In this document: piece by piece, positions 56,299 through 64,000 of the stretch
Numbering within the stretch: position 1 is the first letter of the stretch
Layout of the letters: each line of letters begins with the position of its first letter
DNA from: a bacterium
GTDB lineage: Bacteria; Spirochaetota; Spirochaetia; Treponematales; Rectinemataceae
DNA: 64,000 nucleotides
Assembly (NCBI GenBank): GCA_021779995.1
Contig: JAJXZP010000146.1
Location: 8,202-72,201 of the forward strand
Direction: 5' to 3'
Position numbers and translations under genes: made by a program
Notes under the pieces: generated by a model
The model's database searches: none
Told to the model about the DNA's origin: nothing
What the model saw: the letters and a program-made list of their open reading frames with translations, nothing else

Positions 56299-56385
56299 GG
56301 AGAGATGCGAGAGCGGTTGAATCGGGCGGTCTCGAAAACCGTTGAACCCGTAAGGGTTCCGGGGGTTCGAATCCCCCTCTCTCCG
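56299..56385 (+). tRNA. tRNA-Ser (CGA anticodon)
   Basis: GGAGAGATGCGAGAGCGG... with anticodon loop CTCGAAA and a long variable arm. Confidence 0.9.
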
Positions 56386-56467
56386 GTGAAGTGTGAGCCT
56401 TCGGCAGGCAGGGGATTCGAACCGAAGCCCGCGCCGACCGAGGGGAAAAGGTAAAAAGAAGCTTCTT

Positions 56468-56554
56468 GGAGAGATGACCGAGCGGCCGAAGGTGCACGAT
56501 TGGAAGTCGTGTGTACTCGTAAGGGTACCGAGGGTTCAAATCCCTCTCTCTCCG
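56468..56554 (+). tRNA. tRNA-Ser (GGA anticodon)
   Basis: GGAGAGATGACCGAGCGG... with anticodon loop TTGGAAG, a long variable arm and T-loop GGTTCAAATCC. Confidence 0.9.
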
Positions 56555-56567
56555 CAAAGGACTTTCG

Positions 56568-56680
56568 AGCGCCCCAAGCCAGGCACTGCGCACGTAGCCG
56601 CCGCCCAAATCCGCCAGGTCCGGAAGGAAGCAACGGTAAGCGGTAGACGCGGTGATGCAGAGCGCCTGGCTTGGGGCGCT
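56568..56680 (+). ncRNA. ffs: Signal recognition particle RNA (small 4.5S type)
   Basis: The closing helix pairs AGCGCCCCAAGCCAGGC with GCCTGGCTTGGGGCGCT. The apical motif CCAGGTCCGGAAGGAAGCAAC is the conserved domain IV sequence. TGATTTT follows, and the position upstream of dnaX is typical. Confidence 0.85.
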
Positions 56681-56763
56681 TGATTTTCCCGCCGCGGAAT
56701 ACCGCACCCCGGCCCAGCCTCGGTGAGCTTTACCCCCCGCCTTTCTTATGCTACGTTTCTGCC

Positions 56764-58680
56764 ATGCCCTACGAGATAACCGCCACCCGCAAGAGGCCTC
56801 AGACCTTCGAAGAACTCGCGGGACAGGAATTCGTCTCCGCGACCCTCGAGGCGAGCCTGGAGAGCGGCCGCCTCGCCCACGCCTACCTTTTTTCGGGGCC
56901 TCGCGGTTGCGGCAAGACGAGCACGGCGCGCATCGTGGCCAAGGCGCTCAACTGCGAGCGGGGCCCCACGGCCAAGCCCTGCGGAACCTGCCGCTCCTGT
57001 GTCGAGATAGCGCGCGGCGCGAGCCTGGACGTCATCGAGATAGACGGCGCCTCCAACACCTCGGTGGACAATGTCAGACAGATCAAGGACGAGGTGCTGT
57101 TCCCTCCCAACGGGGGGCGCTACAAGATCTACATCATCGACGAGGTGCACATGCTCTCGAACAGCGCCTTCAACGCGCTGCTCAAGACCATCGAGGAACC
57201 GCCTCCCTACATCGTCTTCATCTTCGCCACCACCGAGCTCCACAAGGTCCCGGCGACCATAAAGAGCCGCTGCCAGCAGTTCGCGTTCCGGCTCATCTCC
57301 ATAGACGTCATCAAGGACCTTCTGGCCAAGGCGGCCGAGGAGACGGGGCTCAAGGCGGAGGACGACGCCCTGCTCTGGATAGCCAAGGAATCGGGAGGCT
57401 CGCTGCGCGACGCCTACACGCTCTTCGATCAGGTGAGCTCCTTCTCCGAGGGGAGCCTGAGCGCGGCCCTCATCCGCGACAAGCTCGGCCTCGTGGGCAT
57501 GGACGCGTTGAACGAACTGTTCCGCTTCTGCGCCTCCGGCGAGGGCGGTTCGGCTTTGGGCGCCCTCGACGGCATCCTCGAGCGCGGAGTCTCGGTCGAG
57601 CAATGCACCGTCGACGCCGTGGAATATTTCCGTTCGCTGCTCCTGCTCAAGCACGGCATCGTCAAACCCGGTCTGCTCGGTTCGCCGCCCTCGGCCTTCG
57701 ATGCTCGGGTCCTGGAAGCACTGTCCTCCGAACGCCTTGAGCGCGCCCTGGCGCTTCTGCTCGATCTGTATCGCAATCTGCGCTTCACCGTAGACCAGCG
57801 TTTCGAGCTCGAGCTGGCCGTGGCGAGGCTGGCCAGGTTGTCCGAATATGTCTCGCCGGGCGAGCTGGCCGCGACGGTCGCCGATCTGCGGCGCCGCCTC
57901 GCCGGTGGCGGCATTCCCGGAGGAAGCCTCCCCGGAGGCGGGTTCGCGTCAGGCGACCATGTCGGAGGCGGTCTCGCGCCCGGCGGCCTCGCCGAAAATA
58001 ACGGCGCCGAAACCACCGGCGGGCGCGCCGCCGAGCAAAAAAAAAAGCCTGAGCTGAATCCGGCATTGATGGAGGCCTTCGGAAGCCTCGCCGCGGCCAC
58101 GGGGGCGGCCAGGCCCGAGTCGTTCTCCGCTTCCAAGCCTCCGAGCGTCGAGGCCAGGCCTCCGGTTGCCGATGCCGGACCGGCGCTTGCCGATGCCGAA
58201 CCGACGAGGAACGATACCAATCCGGCCCCGGCCTCGGCCCCGGGCTCGGGCTCGGGCGCCGCGGGCGCCACAGTCGTCGCGGGCGCTGCGGTCGCACAGG
58301 AGACTGTATCTATGGAGGGCCTTCGGTCAGCGGTCATCGAGGCTTTGGGGCGTTCGAGCCCACTCCTGAAGACCGGGCTCTCGGCCTCTCTTCCCTGGCG
58401 CGGCGAGGGAGAGCGTCTGGTCATTCCTTTCCGTTCCGGGATGGAAGAGACCGTGGTGCGGAGCAGCCTTTCGAGCATCGCGGCGAAGGCCGCGGAGATC
58501 GGGGGGCGCCAGTTCAAGGTCGAGCTGCGCGTGGAAGCCGCGGCGCCGTCCGGGCACGACGCGGCAAAGACCGAGACTCGCGATGGACAGAGTGCGGTGG
58601 ACGTAGTGGAACGCGTTTTCCGCGGAACGCTTCTTCCCCCGCGGCGACAACACGAAGGAGAGCACGATGAACCTATCTGA
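56764..58680 (+). CDS. dnaX: DNA polymerase III subunits tau/gamma
   Basis: RPQTFEELAGQEFV, AHAYLFSGPRGCGKTSTARI, zinc module CGTCRSC, IIDEVHMLS and the SRCQQF context are present. The start is at ATG 56764. Confidence 0.95.
   Translation: MPYEITATRKRPQTFEELAGQEFVSATLEASLESGRLAHAYLFSGPRGCGKTSTARIVAKALNCERGPTAKPCGTCRSCVEIARGASLDVIEIDGASNTSVDNVRQIKDEVLFPPNGGRYKIYIIDEVHMLSNSAFNALLKTIEEPPPYIVFIFATTELHKVPATIKSRCQQFAFRLISIDVIKDLLAKAAEETGLKAEDDALLWIAKESGGSLRDAYTLFDQVSSFSEGSLSAALIRDKLGLVGMDALNELFRFCASGEGGSALGALDGILERGVSVEQCTVDAVEYFRSLLLLKHGIVKPGLLGSPPSAFDARVLEALSSERLERALALLLDLYRNLRFTVDQRFELELAVARLARLSEYVSPGELAATVADLRRRLAGGGIPGGSLPGGGFASGDHVGGGLAPGGLAENNGAETTGGRAAEQKKKPELNPALMEAFGSLAAATGAARPESFSASKPPSVEARPPVADAGPALADAEPTRNDTNPAPASAPGSGSGAAGATVVAGAAVAQETVSMEGLRSAVIEALGRSSPLLKTGLSASLPWRGEGERLVIPFRSGMEETVVRSSLSSIAAKAAEIGGRQFKVELRVEAAAPSGHDAAKTETRDGQSAVDVVERVFRGTLLPPRRQHEGEHDEPI
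58037..58057 (+). other. Candidate recoding/slippage site in dnaX (A10 run with stops in both alternative frames)
   Basis: CAA AAA AAA AAG contains the heptamer A AAA AAG. The -1 frame reads GCC TGA (58047-58052). The +1 frame reads CTG AGC TGA (58049-58057). The site is at codon 428 of 638. Confidence 0.5.
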
Positions 58681-58999
58681 CATGATGGAAATGCTGCGCA
58701 ATCCCCAGGCGATGCAGGCGAGGATGGGCGAGTTCCGGGACCGCACCGCCCGGATCGAGGCCACGGGCAGTTCGGGCGGGGGCATGGTGCGCATTACGCT
58801 CAACGGGTCGCTCGACATGCTCTCCTGCGTGATAAGCCCCGAGGCCGTGGAGAGCGGCGACATCCCGCTTCTGCAGGATCTTGTGCGCGCGGCGTACAAC
58901 GACGCAGCGGGGAAGGTCAAGGAATCGATCCAACGGGAGCTGACGTCGGGCATGGACGGAATGCCTTTCCCTCCGGGCATGCTCGGGGGGCTTGGTTGA
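58667..58999 (+). CDS. ybaB: Nucleoid-associated protein YbaB/EbfC family
   Basis: 110-aa ORF with the GGGMVRITLNGSLDMLSCVISPEAV pattern. It sits in the conserved dnaX-ybaB-recR order and overlaps the dnaX end by 14 nt. Confidence 0.9.
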   Translation: MNLSDMMEMLRNPQAMQARMGEFRDRTARIEATGSSGGGMVRITLNGSLDMLSCVISPEAVESGDIPLLQDLVRAAYNDAAGKVKESIQRELTSGMDGMPFPPGMLGGLG

Positions 59000-59583
59000 A
59001 GGCGCTCGAGGAGTTCGTCAGTCTTCTAACCCGCCTTCCGGGCATCGGCCGCAAGAGCGCGTTGCGTGTCGCCTATCATCTTTTGCGCACGGACCGCGCC
59101 TTCGCCCAGGCTTTGGCCGAGCGCATAGCCGGCCTGCAGGATGCCATCGTCTTCTGCTCGATATGCGGCTCCTACACCGAGACCGATCCCTGCCCGGTCT
59201 GCTCGTCGCCCGCGCGCGACCGCTCCGTGATCTGCGCGGTCGAGCAGCCCCAGGATGTCGTGACCATCGAGGGTTCGAGGGAATATCGGGGCCTCTACCA
59301 TGTGCTCGGCGGCCTCATATCGCCGCTCGACGGGGTCGGCCCGGAGGACCTCAAGATCCAGAGTCTCATCGCGAGGATCCGCGAGGGAGGCGTGGCCGAA
59401 GTCGTCGTGGCCACGAATCCGACGGTAGAGGGCGATACGACGGCGCTCTACCTGAAACGGCTCCTCGAAGCCACCGGGGTGTCGGTGACGAGGCTCGCCA
59501 CGGGCATGCCCGTGGGCGGCGACCTCGAATACGCGGATCGACTGACGCTGGCGCGGTCCTTCCGCGGCAGGACCAAGCTTTAG
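58996..59583 (+). CDS. recR: Recombination protein RecR
   Basis: TTG start overlapping the ybaB stop. LPGIGRKSALRVAYHLL (HhH), zinc finger CSICGSYTETDPCPVC and a Toprim region are present. Confidence 0.95.
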   Translation: MKALEEFVSLLTRLPGIGRKSALRVAYHLLRTDRAFAQALAERIAGLQDAIVFCSICGSYTETDPCPVCSSPARDRSVICAVEQPQDVVTIEGSREYRGLYHVLGGLISPLDGVGPEDLKIQSLIARIREGGVAEVVVATNPTVEGDTTALYLKRLLEATGVSVTRLATGMPVGGDLEYADRLTLARSFRGRTKL

Positions 59584-59739
59584 CCGCGGCCGTCCGGCAT
59601 CGGAACCATGAGGCCGGGATTGGCCTTTTCCGGCTATACTGATGCGAGTTCCGGACGCCGATATTCTCGATAAGCGAGACTCTTTCGAAAGCGGCCGGCT
59701 TTTGAAACTGGCTCAAGAACAATCCGGGAGCCGACAGCA

Positions 59740-62409
59740 ATGCTCAACCCGTCTTCGAACTCGAAAGCCTCGATCTATCTCGGCGCCCTTTTGGGTCTCT
59801 GCGCGACATATGTCGTGCTCGCCCTCGCCTCGACGGGCATGGGCCCCTCCGCTCCGGCTATTCTTTCGAGCCTCGGATGGCCGCTGATGAACGCGTTCTC
59901 CTGGGCCTCGCTCTTCGTCCCGGCCTGGTTCGCCTTCGCTTCCGTGCTGGCCTTCTTGCCCGGCTGGAGGCCGGGGGCCACGGCGGCTCTCGCGGGCTCG
60001 GTGCTGCCGTTCGTGCCGGTGGCCGTCTTCGCCCGCCTCTCGGCGGACCCGGCGCGCTTCACGGCCGAGGCGCCCTTCCTGGATGCGGCGGGGCTTCCGG
60101 CCGCAGGGGCGATGTGCGCCGCCGCCTCGCTGTTGCTTGCCGCCCTGGTCGTGCGCATAGCCCTCTGGGCATCGAGAAGGACGAGGGTGAAAAAGGAGTT
60201 CGGAGTCCGACCGGGGCTTTTGCCCGCCCCCCGCTCTCGCCGCGACTCGATGGCGCTCGACTGGTCGGAGGACCTGGCGAATGGCGATGTCCCGGCTGCG
60301 TCGGAACCCAGTGTCGCGGGGCGCCTCCATGCCGAAGACGCCGCTTCCGATGTCTTCGACTTCGAGGTGCCGCGGCTTCCACCTCTGCCTCCCCTGCATT
60401 CGCTCGGCGGATTTCCCTCCGGGGCGGTACGCGAGGTGTCCGCGCCGCGTGGAGTGTCCGCGCCGCGAGATGAGCTCCGGAGCGCCGACGAGGCGCCCGG
60501 TCGCCTCGTAGCCGCGACCGGGCAATCGGAAAGCGAGGTCGCGGAGGAGGTCGAGGGAGTCCCTTTGGTCGCCGAAGGGGAGGATATGCCGTCGCGCGCG
60601 CTTCGCGACGAATCGGGCCCGGTTTCCGAACTCGATCCGAGTCCCCTGCCGGCTCCCGCTCGGGGCGGCTCCGCGGCCGCGGACCCGCCCCCGACGGCCG
60701 CCTCGCTCGCGGTCGCGCGACCGATCGAGTTCACCTCGGTGCCGCCCCAGAACGCGCCATCCCACTCTCCGGAGGGCGGCGTCGACGAGGCCGCCAAGGC
60801 CGCGGCCCTCGAGCGCATCCTGGCGAGGCGCGAGGCCGAGCGCAAGGACAAGCCCTACGCGGTGCCGGTGGACGGCATCCTCAGCCTCTATCCCGACGGC
60901 CAGTACTGGATCATCGACGAGAAGACGCGCCATTCTGCCGAGGTGCTGCGGGACACCTTGGCCGAGTTCAAGATCGAGGCCGAGGTCACGGGCATCCGCA
61001 AGGGGCCGGTGATCACGATGTTCGAGATACTGCCGGCTCCGGGCGTGAAGCTCTCGAAGATCGCGGGCCTGGCCGACAACATCGGCCTGCGCCTCGCCGC
61101 CTCGAGCGTGCGCATCGTCGCGCCCATTCCGGGCAAGCACGCGGTCGGCATCGAGGTGCCCAACGAGCGCCGCTCCATCGTCTCGCTGCGGGAGATCGTG
61201 GAGAACGAGTCCTTCAAGGCCACGAAGATGGAATTGCCCGTCATCCTCGGCAAGGACATCGCGGGCGAGGTGCAGTTCATCGACCTGACGCAGACGCCGC
61301 ACCTCTTGATCGCCGGCGCCACCGGCTCGGGCAAGTCGGTCTGCGTCAACTCCATCATCCTTTCGATCCTGTACAAGCGTTCGCCCCAGGAGGTGCGGCT
61401 TCTCCTCATCGATCCCAAGATCGTCGAGCTCAAGCTCTACAACGACATTCCCCACCTCCTCACGCCGGTCGTGACGGAGCCCAAGCGCGCCTTCCAGGCC
61501 CTGCAGTACTGCATCTGCGAGATGGAGCGGCGCTACAGCCTCCTCGACCGCGTCGGCGTGCGCGACGTGAAGAGCTACAACCGCAAGGTCCGCGAGAAGC
61601 ACCTGGCGATCGAGCGCCTGCCCTATTTGGTCGTCATCATCGACGAGTTCGCCGACCTCATGGCCACCACGGGCAAGGAGCTGGAGTCGACCCTCGCGCG
61701 GCTCGCGGCCATGTCTCGCGCCGTGGGCATCCACCTCGTGCTGGCCACCCAGCGGCCTTCCATCGACGTCATCACGGGTCTCATCAAGGCCAACATCCCG
61801 AGCCGCATCGCCTTCATGGTCGCCTCGAAGTTCGACAGCCGCATCATCATCGACATGGTGGGCGCCGAGAAGCTGCTCGGCCGCGGCGACATGCTCTTCG
61901 CGAGCGCCTGGGATCCCTTCCCGGTGCGCATGCAGGGCGCCTTCGTCTCCGAGGAGGAGGTCGAGAGGGCGGTGGAGTACGTGAAGACCCTCGGCGAGCC
62001 CGAGTACATCGACGACGAGATTTTCATCGACGAGGACGAGGACGAGGAGCCCTCGCTCTTCGCCGACGAGGACGACGATCCGCTCTACGAGAAGGCGCTC
62101 GAGATCGTGCTCCAGCAGGGCAAGGCGAGCGCTTCGTTCATCCAGCGGCGGCTCAAGATCGGCTACAACCGCGCCTCGCGCCTCGTCGAGCTCATGGAGG
62201 AGAAGGGCATCGTCGGACCCGCCAAGGGCTCGAAGCCCCGCGACCTCGTGCGCAACCCCGAGATTCTCGGCCGCATCGACGCACGCGCCGATCAGGACCC
62301 GGCTGCCGCGCGGCTGCGACGGGAGGGCGCTCGCCCGAGTCTCATGCCCGACGCGGAGACGGTCCCCGGCCAGCGGGTGACGGGACAGGACGAGGACGAC
62401 GCGTCATAA
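59740..62409 (+). CDS. ftsK: DNA translocase FtsK (N-terminal TM domain, long low-complexity linker, motor and gamma domains)
   Basis: 889-aa ORF. HLLIAGATGSGKSVCVNS (Walker A), VVIIDEFADLM, ATQRPSIDVITG and the C-terminal winged-helix ASASFIQRRLKIGYNRASRL are present. Confidence 0.95.
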   Translation: MLNPSSNSKASIYLGALLGLCATYVVLALASTGMGPSAPAILSSLGWPLMNAFSWASLFVPAWFAFASVLAFLPGWRPGATAALAGSVLPFVPVAVFARLSADPARFTAEAPFLDAAGLPAAGAMCAAASLLLAALVVRIALWASRRTRVKKEFGVRPGLLPAPRSRRDSMALDWSEDLANGDVPAASEPSVAGRLHAEDAASDVFDFEVPRLPPLPPLHSLGGFPSGAVREVSAPRGVSAPRDELRSADEAPGRLVAATGQSESEVAEEVEGVPLVAEGEDMPSRALRDESGPVSELDPSPLPAPARGGSAAADPPPTAASLAVARPIEFTSVPPQNAPSHSPEGGVDEAAKAAALERILARREAERKDKPYAVPVDGILSLYPDGQYWIIDEKTRHSAEVLRDTLAEFKIEAEVTGIRKGPVITMFEILPAPGVKLSKIAGLADNIGLRLAASSVRIVAPIPGKHAVGIEVPNERRSIVSLREIVENESFKATKMELPVILGKDIAGEVQFIDLTQTPHLLIAGATGSGKSVCVNSIILSILYKRSPQEVRLLLIDPKIVELKLYNDIPHLLTPVVTEPKRAFQALQYCICEMERRYSLLDRVGVRDVKSYNRKVREKHLAIERLPYLVVIIDEFADLMATTGKELESTLARLAAMSRAVGIHLVLATQRPSIDVITGLIKANIPSRIAFMVASKFDSRIIIDMVGAEKLLGRGDMLFASAWDPFPVRMQGAFVSEEEVERAVEYVKTLGEPEYIDDEIFIDEDEDEEPSLFADEDDDPLYEKALEIVLQQGKASASFIQRRLKIGYNRASRLVELMEEKGIVGPAKGSKPRDLVRNPEILGRIDARADQDPAAARLRREGARPSLMPDAETVPGQRVTGQDEDDAS

Positions 62410-62448
62410 CCCCTTCATGGGCGGAAAGGGCGGGGACATGCAAAGCAG

Positions 62449-62631
62449 TCAGGCCGCTCGAAGATTCGCGAGTCGTTCGATCAGCGCGAAGTCTTTCGCG
62501 CCGTAGGCGGCGATGAGCTCGTCCTTCTCCGATTCAGACATCGCCCGGATATCGGGTAACAGCAGTTTCGGCGCATGCATGAGCGACGGGTATATTCGAT
62601 CGATGGTCCTATACCAGTGTTCCGAATTCAC
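62449..62631 (-). CDS. Possible small hypothetical protein (30-60 aa depending on start)
   Basis: ORF in a lower-GC intergenic patch. The C-terminal half (MSESEKDELIAAYGAKDFALIERLANLRAA) has genome-like GC3. There is no clear RBS. Confidence 0.25.
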   Translation of the reverse strand: MNSEHWYRTIDRIYPSLMHAPKLLLPDIRAMSESEKDELIAAYGAKDFALIERLANLRAA

Positions 62632-62765
62632 ATAAGTTCCGTCTCTCTCCGACCAGATTACGCCGGCGGCCGAGTAGTGGCGCTCGGGAGCAGGTAAAAT
62701 CCCCCGACCGAAATGGATAGCATGGAACCGCAGGAAATGGTATCACGAGGGCTGGAGGACGGGGC

Positions 62766-63947
62766 ATGCGCAGGATTGGCATTATCGGCGGCGGGCAGCT
62801 GGGTCGCATGGCGATCGAGGAGGCGAGGAAGTATCTCGCGCGGATCGAAGTGCTGACGCCCGAGTATCCCTCGCCTGCGGCCGAGATCGCGGATGCCTCG
62901 TATGTGGGCGATCTCATGTCCTTCGAGGACGTGCTCGAGCTCGCGGACAGGGTCGATGTCCTCTCCTACGAGATCGAGCATGTCAACGTCGAGGCCCTGC
63001 GGGAGGCCGAGCGGCGCGGGAAGACGGTCCTGCCTTCAGCGGGAGTGCTCGCCCTCATTCAGGACAAGGCCGAGCAGAAGCGCATGCTCGAGGCCTACGG
63101 CCTGCCGACGGCGCCTTGGGCCCCGGTGGGCGAGGAGGGCCTCGCCGCGGCGGCGGCGGCGGTGGGCGGCTTCCCGGTCGTGCAGAAGAGCTGCCGCGGC
63201 GGCTACGACGGCCGCGGCGTGGCCCCGCTCGCCGACGCGCGTTCGGCGGCCGCCCTCGCCGGTCCGAGCTTCGTCGAGCGGCGCATCGATTTCGTCAAGG
63301 AACTGGCGGTCGTCGTCGCGCGCGGCGGCGACGGCTCGACGGCGATCTACCCCTGCGTCGAAATGGTCTTCGATCCCCGGGTGAATCTCTGCGACTCGGT
63401 GCTCGCCCCGGCCGACATCGACCCCGCGCTGCGCCTCCGCGCCGAAGAGCTGGCCCTGGCCTGCATCCGCGCCCTCGAAGAGGACTCGCTGCGCTTCGGC
63501 TCGCCGCGCGGCGGGGCCGCGGGAGTGTTCGCGGTTGAGATGTTCCTGACCGCCTCCGGCGAGATCCTCGTCAACGAGATCGCGCCCCGGCCGCACAATT
63601 CGGGGCACTTCAGCATCGAGGCCTGCGCCTCGAGCCAGTTCGACCAGTATGTCCGCATCCTGCTCGGACTGCCCCTCGGAAGCGCCGAGCTGCTCGCGCC
63701 CGCGATGATGGTCAACCTCCTCGGCGAGGCGGGCGAGGCGGGCGCTCCCGAGTACCTCGGCCTCGAGCGCGCCCTCGCGGTGCCGGGGGTGGGCCTGCAC
63801 CTCTACGGCAAACGCGAGCTGCGGCCCTTCCGCAAGATGGGGCACCTGACGGCCATCGGTCGGAGCGCGGCCGAGGCGGGCTCTCGAGCCGAGCAGGCGC
63901 GCTCGGCCGTCAGGATCGTCGCGGCCTCGGACGCCGGCGTGGTATAG
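62766..63947 (+). CDS. purK: N5-carboxyaminoimidazole ribonucleotide synthase
   Basis: 393-aa ORF. IGIIGGGQLGRM, ATP-grasp region, EIAPRPHNSGH and the RKMGHL context are present. RBS is GGAGGA. Confidence 0.9.
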   Translation: MRRIGIIGGGQLGRMAIEEARKYLARIEVLTPEYPSPAAEIADASYVGDLMSFEDVLELADRVDVLSYEIEHVNVEALREAERRGKTVLPSAGVLALIQDKAEQKRMLEAYGLPTAPWAPVGEEGLAAAAAAVGGFPVVQKSCRGGYDGRGVAPLADARSAAALAGPSFVERRIDFVKELAVVVARGGDGSTAIYPCVEMVFDPRVNLCDSVLAPADIDPALRLRAEELALACIRALEEDSLRFGSPRGGAAGVFAVEMFLTASGEILVNEIAPRPHNSGHFSIEACASSQFDQYVRILLGLPLGSAELLAPAMMVNLLGEAGEAGAPEYLGLERALAVPGVGLHLYGKRELRPFRKMGHLTAIGRSAAEAGSRAEQARSAVRIVAASDAGVV

Positions 63948-63954
63948 TCGGAGC

Positions 63955-64000
63955 ATGAGCGACTTTCCGAAGTTGAGTTTCGATGCCGAGCTCGCCGCCG
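63955..64000 (+). CDS. Start of an unidentified CDS (MSDFPKLSFDAELAA...), truncated by the window edge
   Basis: ATG at 63955, 8 nt after the purK stop. Only 15 codons are visible. Confidence 0.25.
   Translation, partial: MSDFPKLSFDAELAA

Noticed and set aside
56386-56467. Minus-strand tRNA fragment suggested by GGGGATTCGAACC in the spacer between tRNA-Ser(CGA) and tRNA-Ser(GGA)
   Set aside because: The flanking bases do not form a T-stem or acceptor stem in either orientation. Only a CTTCGG/CCGAAG hairpin is present.
59713-61734. 673-aa minus-strand ORF antisense to ftsK. Similar cases are 19995..21686 opposite glgX, 45277..46965 opposite ROK/gmhA, and 35693..37030 opposite the POTRA-like gene.
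   Set aside because: These are the same high-GC antisense artefact. The sense-strand genes have strong family signatures and the antisense products have none.
62632-62765. Purine or ZTP riboswitch upstream of purK
   Set aside because: I could not find the conserved cores of either class: the purine three-way junction motifs, or the ZTP GGGUCGUGAC...CCGCCUGGG motifs.

Overview
The window is visibly GC-rich (about mid-60s % by eye, not computed) and densely packed, and it looks like core chromosome rather than an accessory island. I saw no transposase, integrase, phage or CRISPR signatures and no rRNA. Gene content (FlgF/FlgG/FlgJ-like rod genes, a YesM/YesN-type two-component pair, LptCAB, many lipoproteins and OmpA-like proteins) suggests a flagellated diderm, possibly Spirochaetota. 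That taxonomic guess is inference only.

The recognisable blocks run in this order:
- thrB-thrC, asd and pdxST.
- A lysine-riboswitch-led lysC-dapB-dapA-dapD-lysA operon.
- glgX and an RpoS-like sigma factor.
- A five-gene envelope lipoprotein/OmpA/GH18 cluster.
- add, acylphosphatase, two receiver proteins, tex and rmlC.
- rsmG, flagellar rod genes, ROK kinase, gmhA, pyrG and lptCAB.
- tatD, dus, a radical SAM gene and a five-tRNA cluster (all four Ser isoacceptors plus Arg).
- SRP RNA, dnaX, ybaB, recR, ftsK and purK.

Many long ORFs in the track are antisense or out-of-frame artefacts of high GC and were rejected. I found no convincing discrete novel multi-gene system such as a defence island.

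The observations most worth a second look are:
- An A10 slippery run in dnaX with stops in both alternative frames, at the position of the E. coli gamma/tau junction.
- An exact sigma-54 promoter in front of the RpoS-like sigma gene.
- Near-identical tandem repeats that duplicate gene termini: a 77-nt unit carrying the tRNA-Gly 5' end, and a 55-nt unit carrying the flgG 3' end.
- A strong terminator-like hairpin about 25 nt upstream of thrC.
- A tightly coupled HTH-receiver/receiver/acylphosphatase operon.
- A receiver-like/GHKL-ATPase/cNMP-binding fusion protein.
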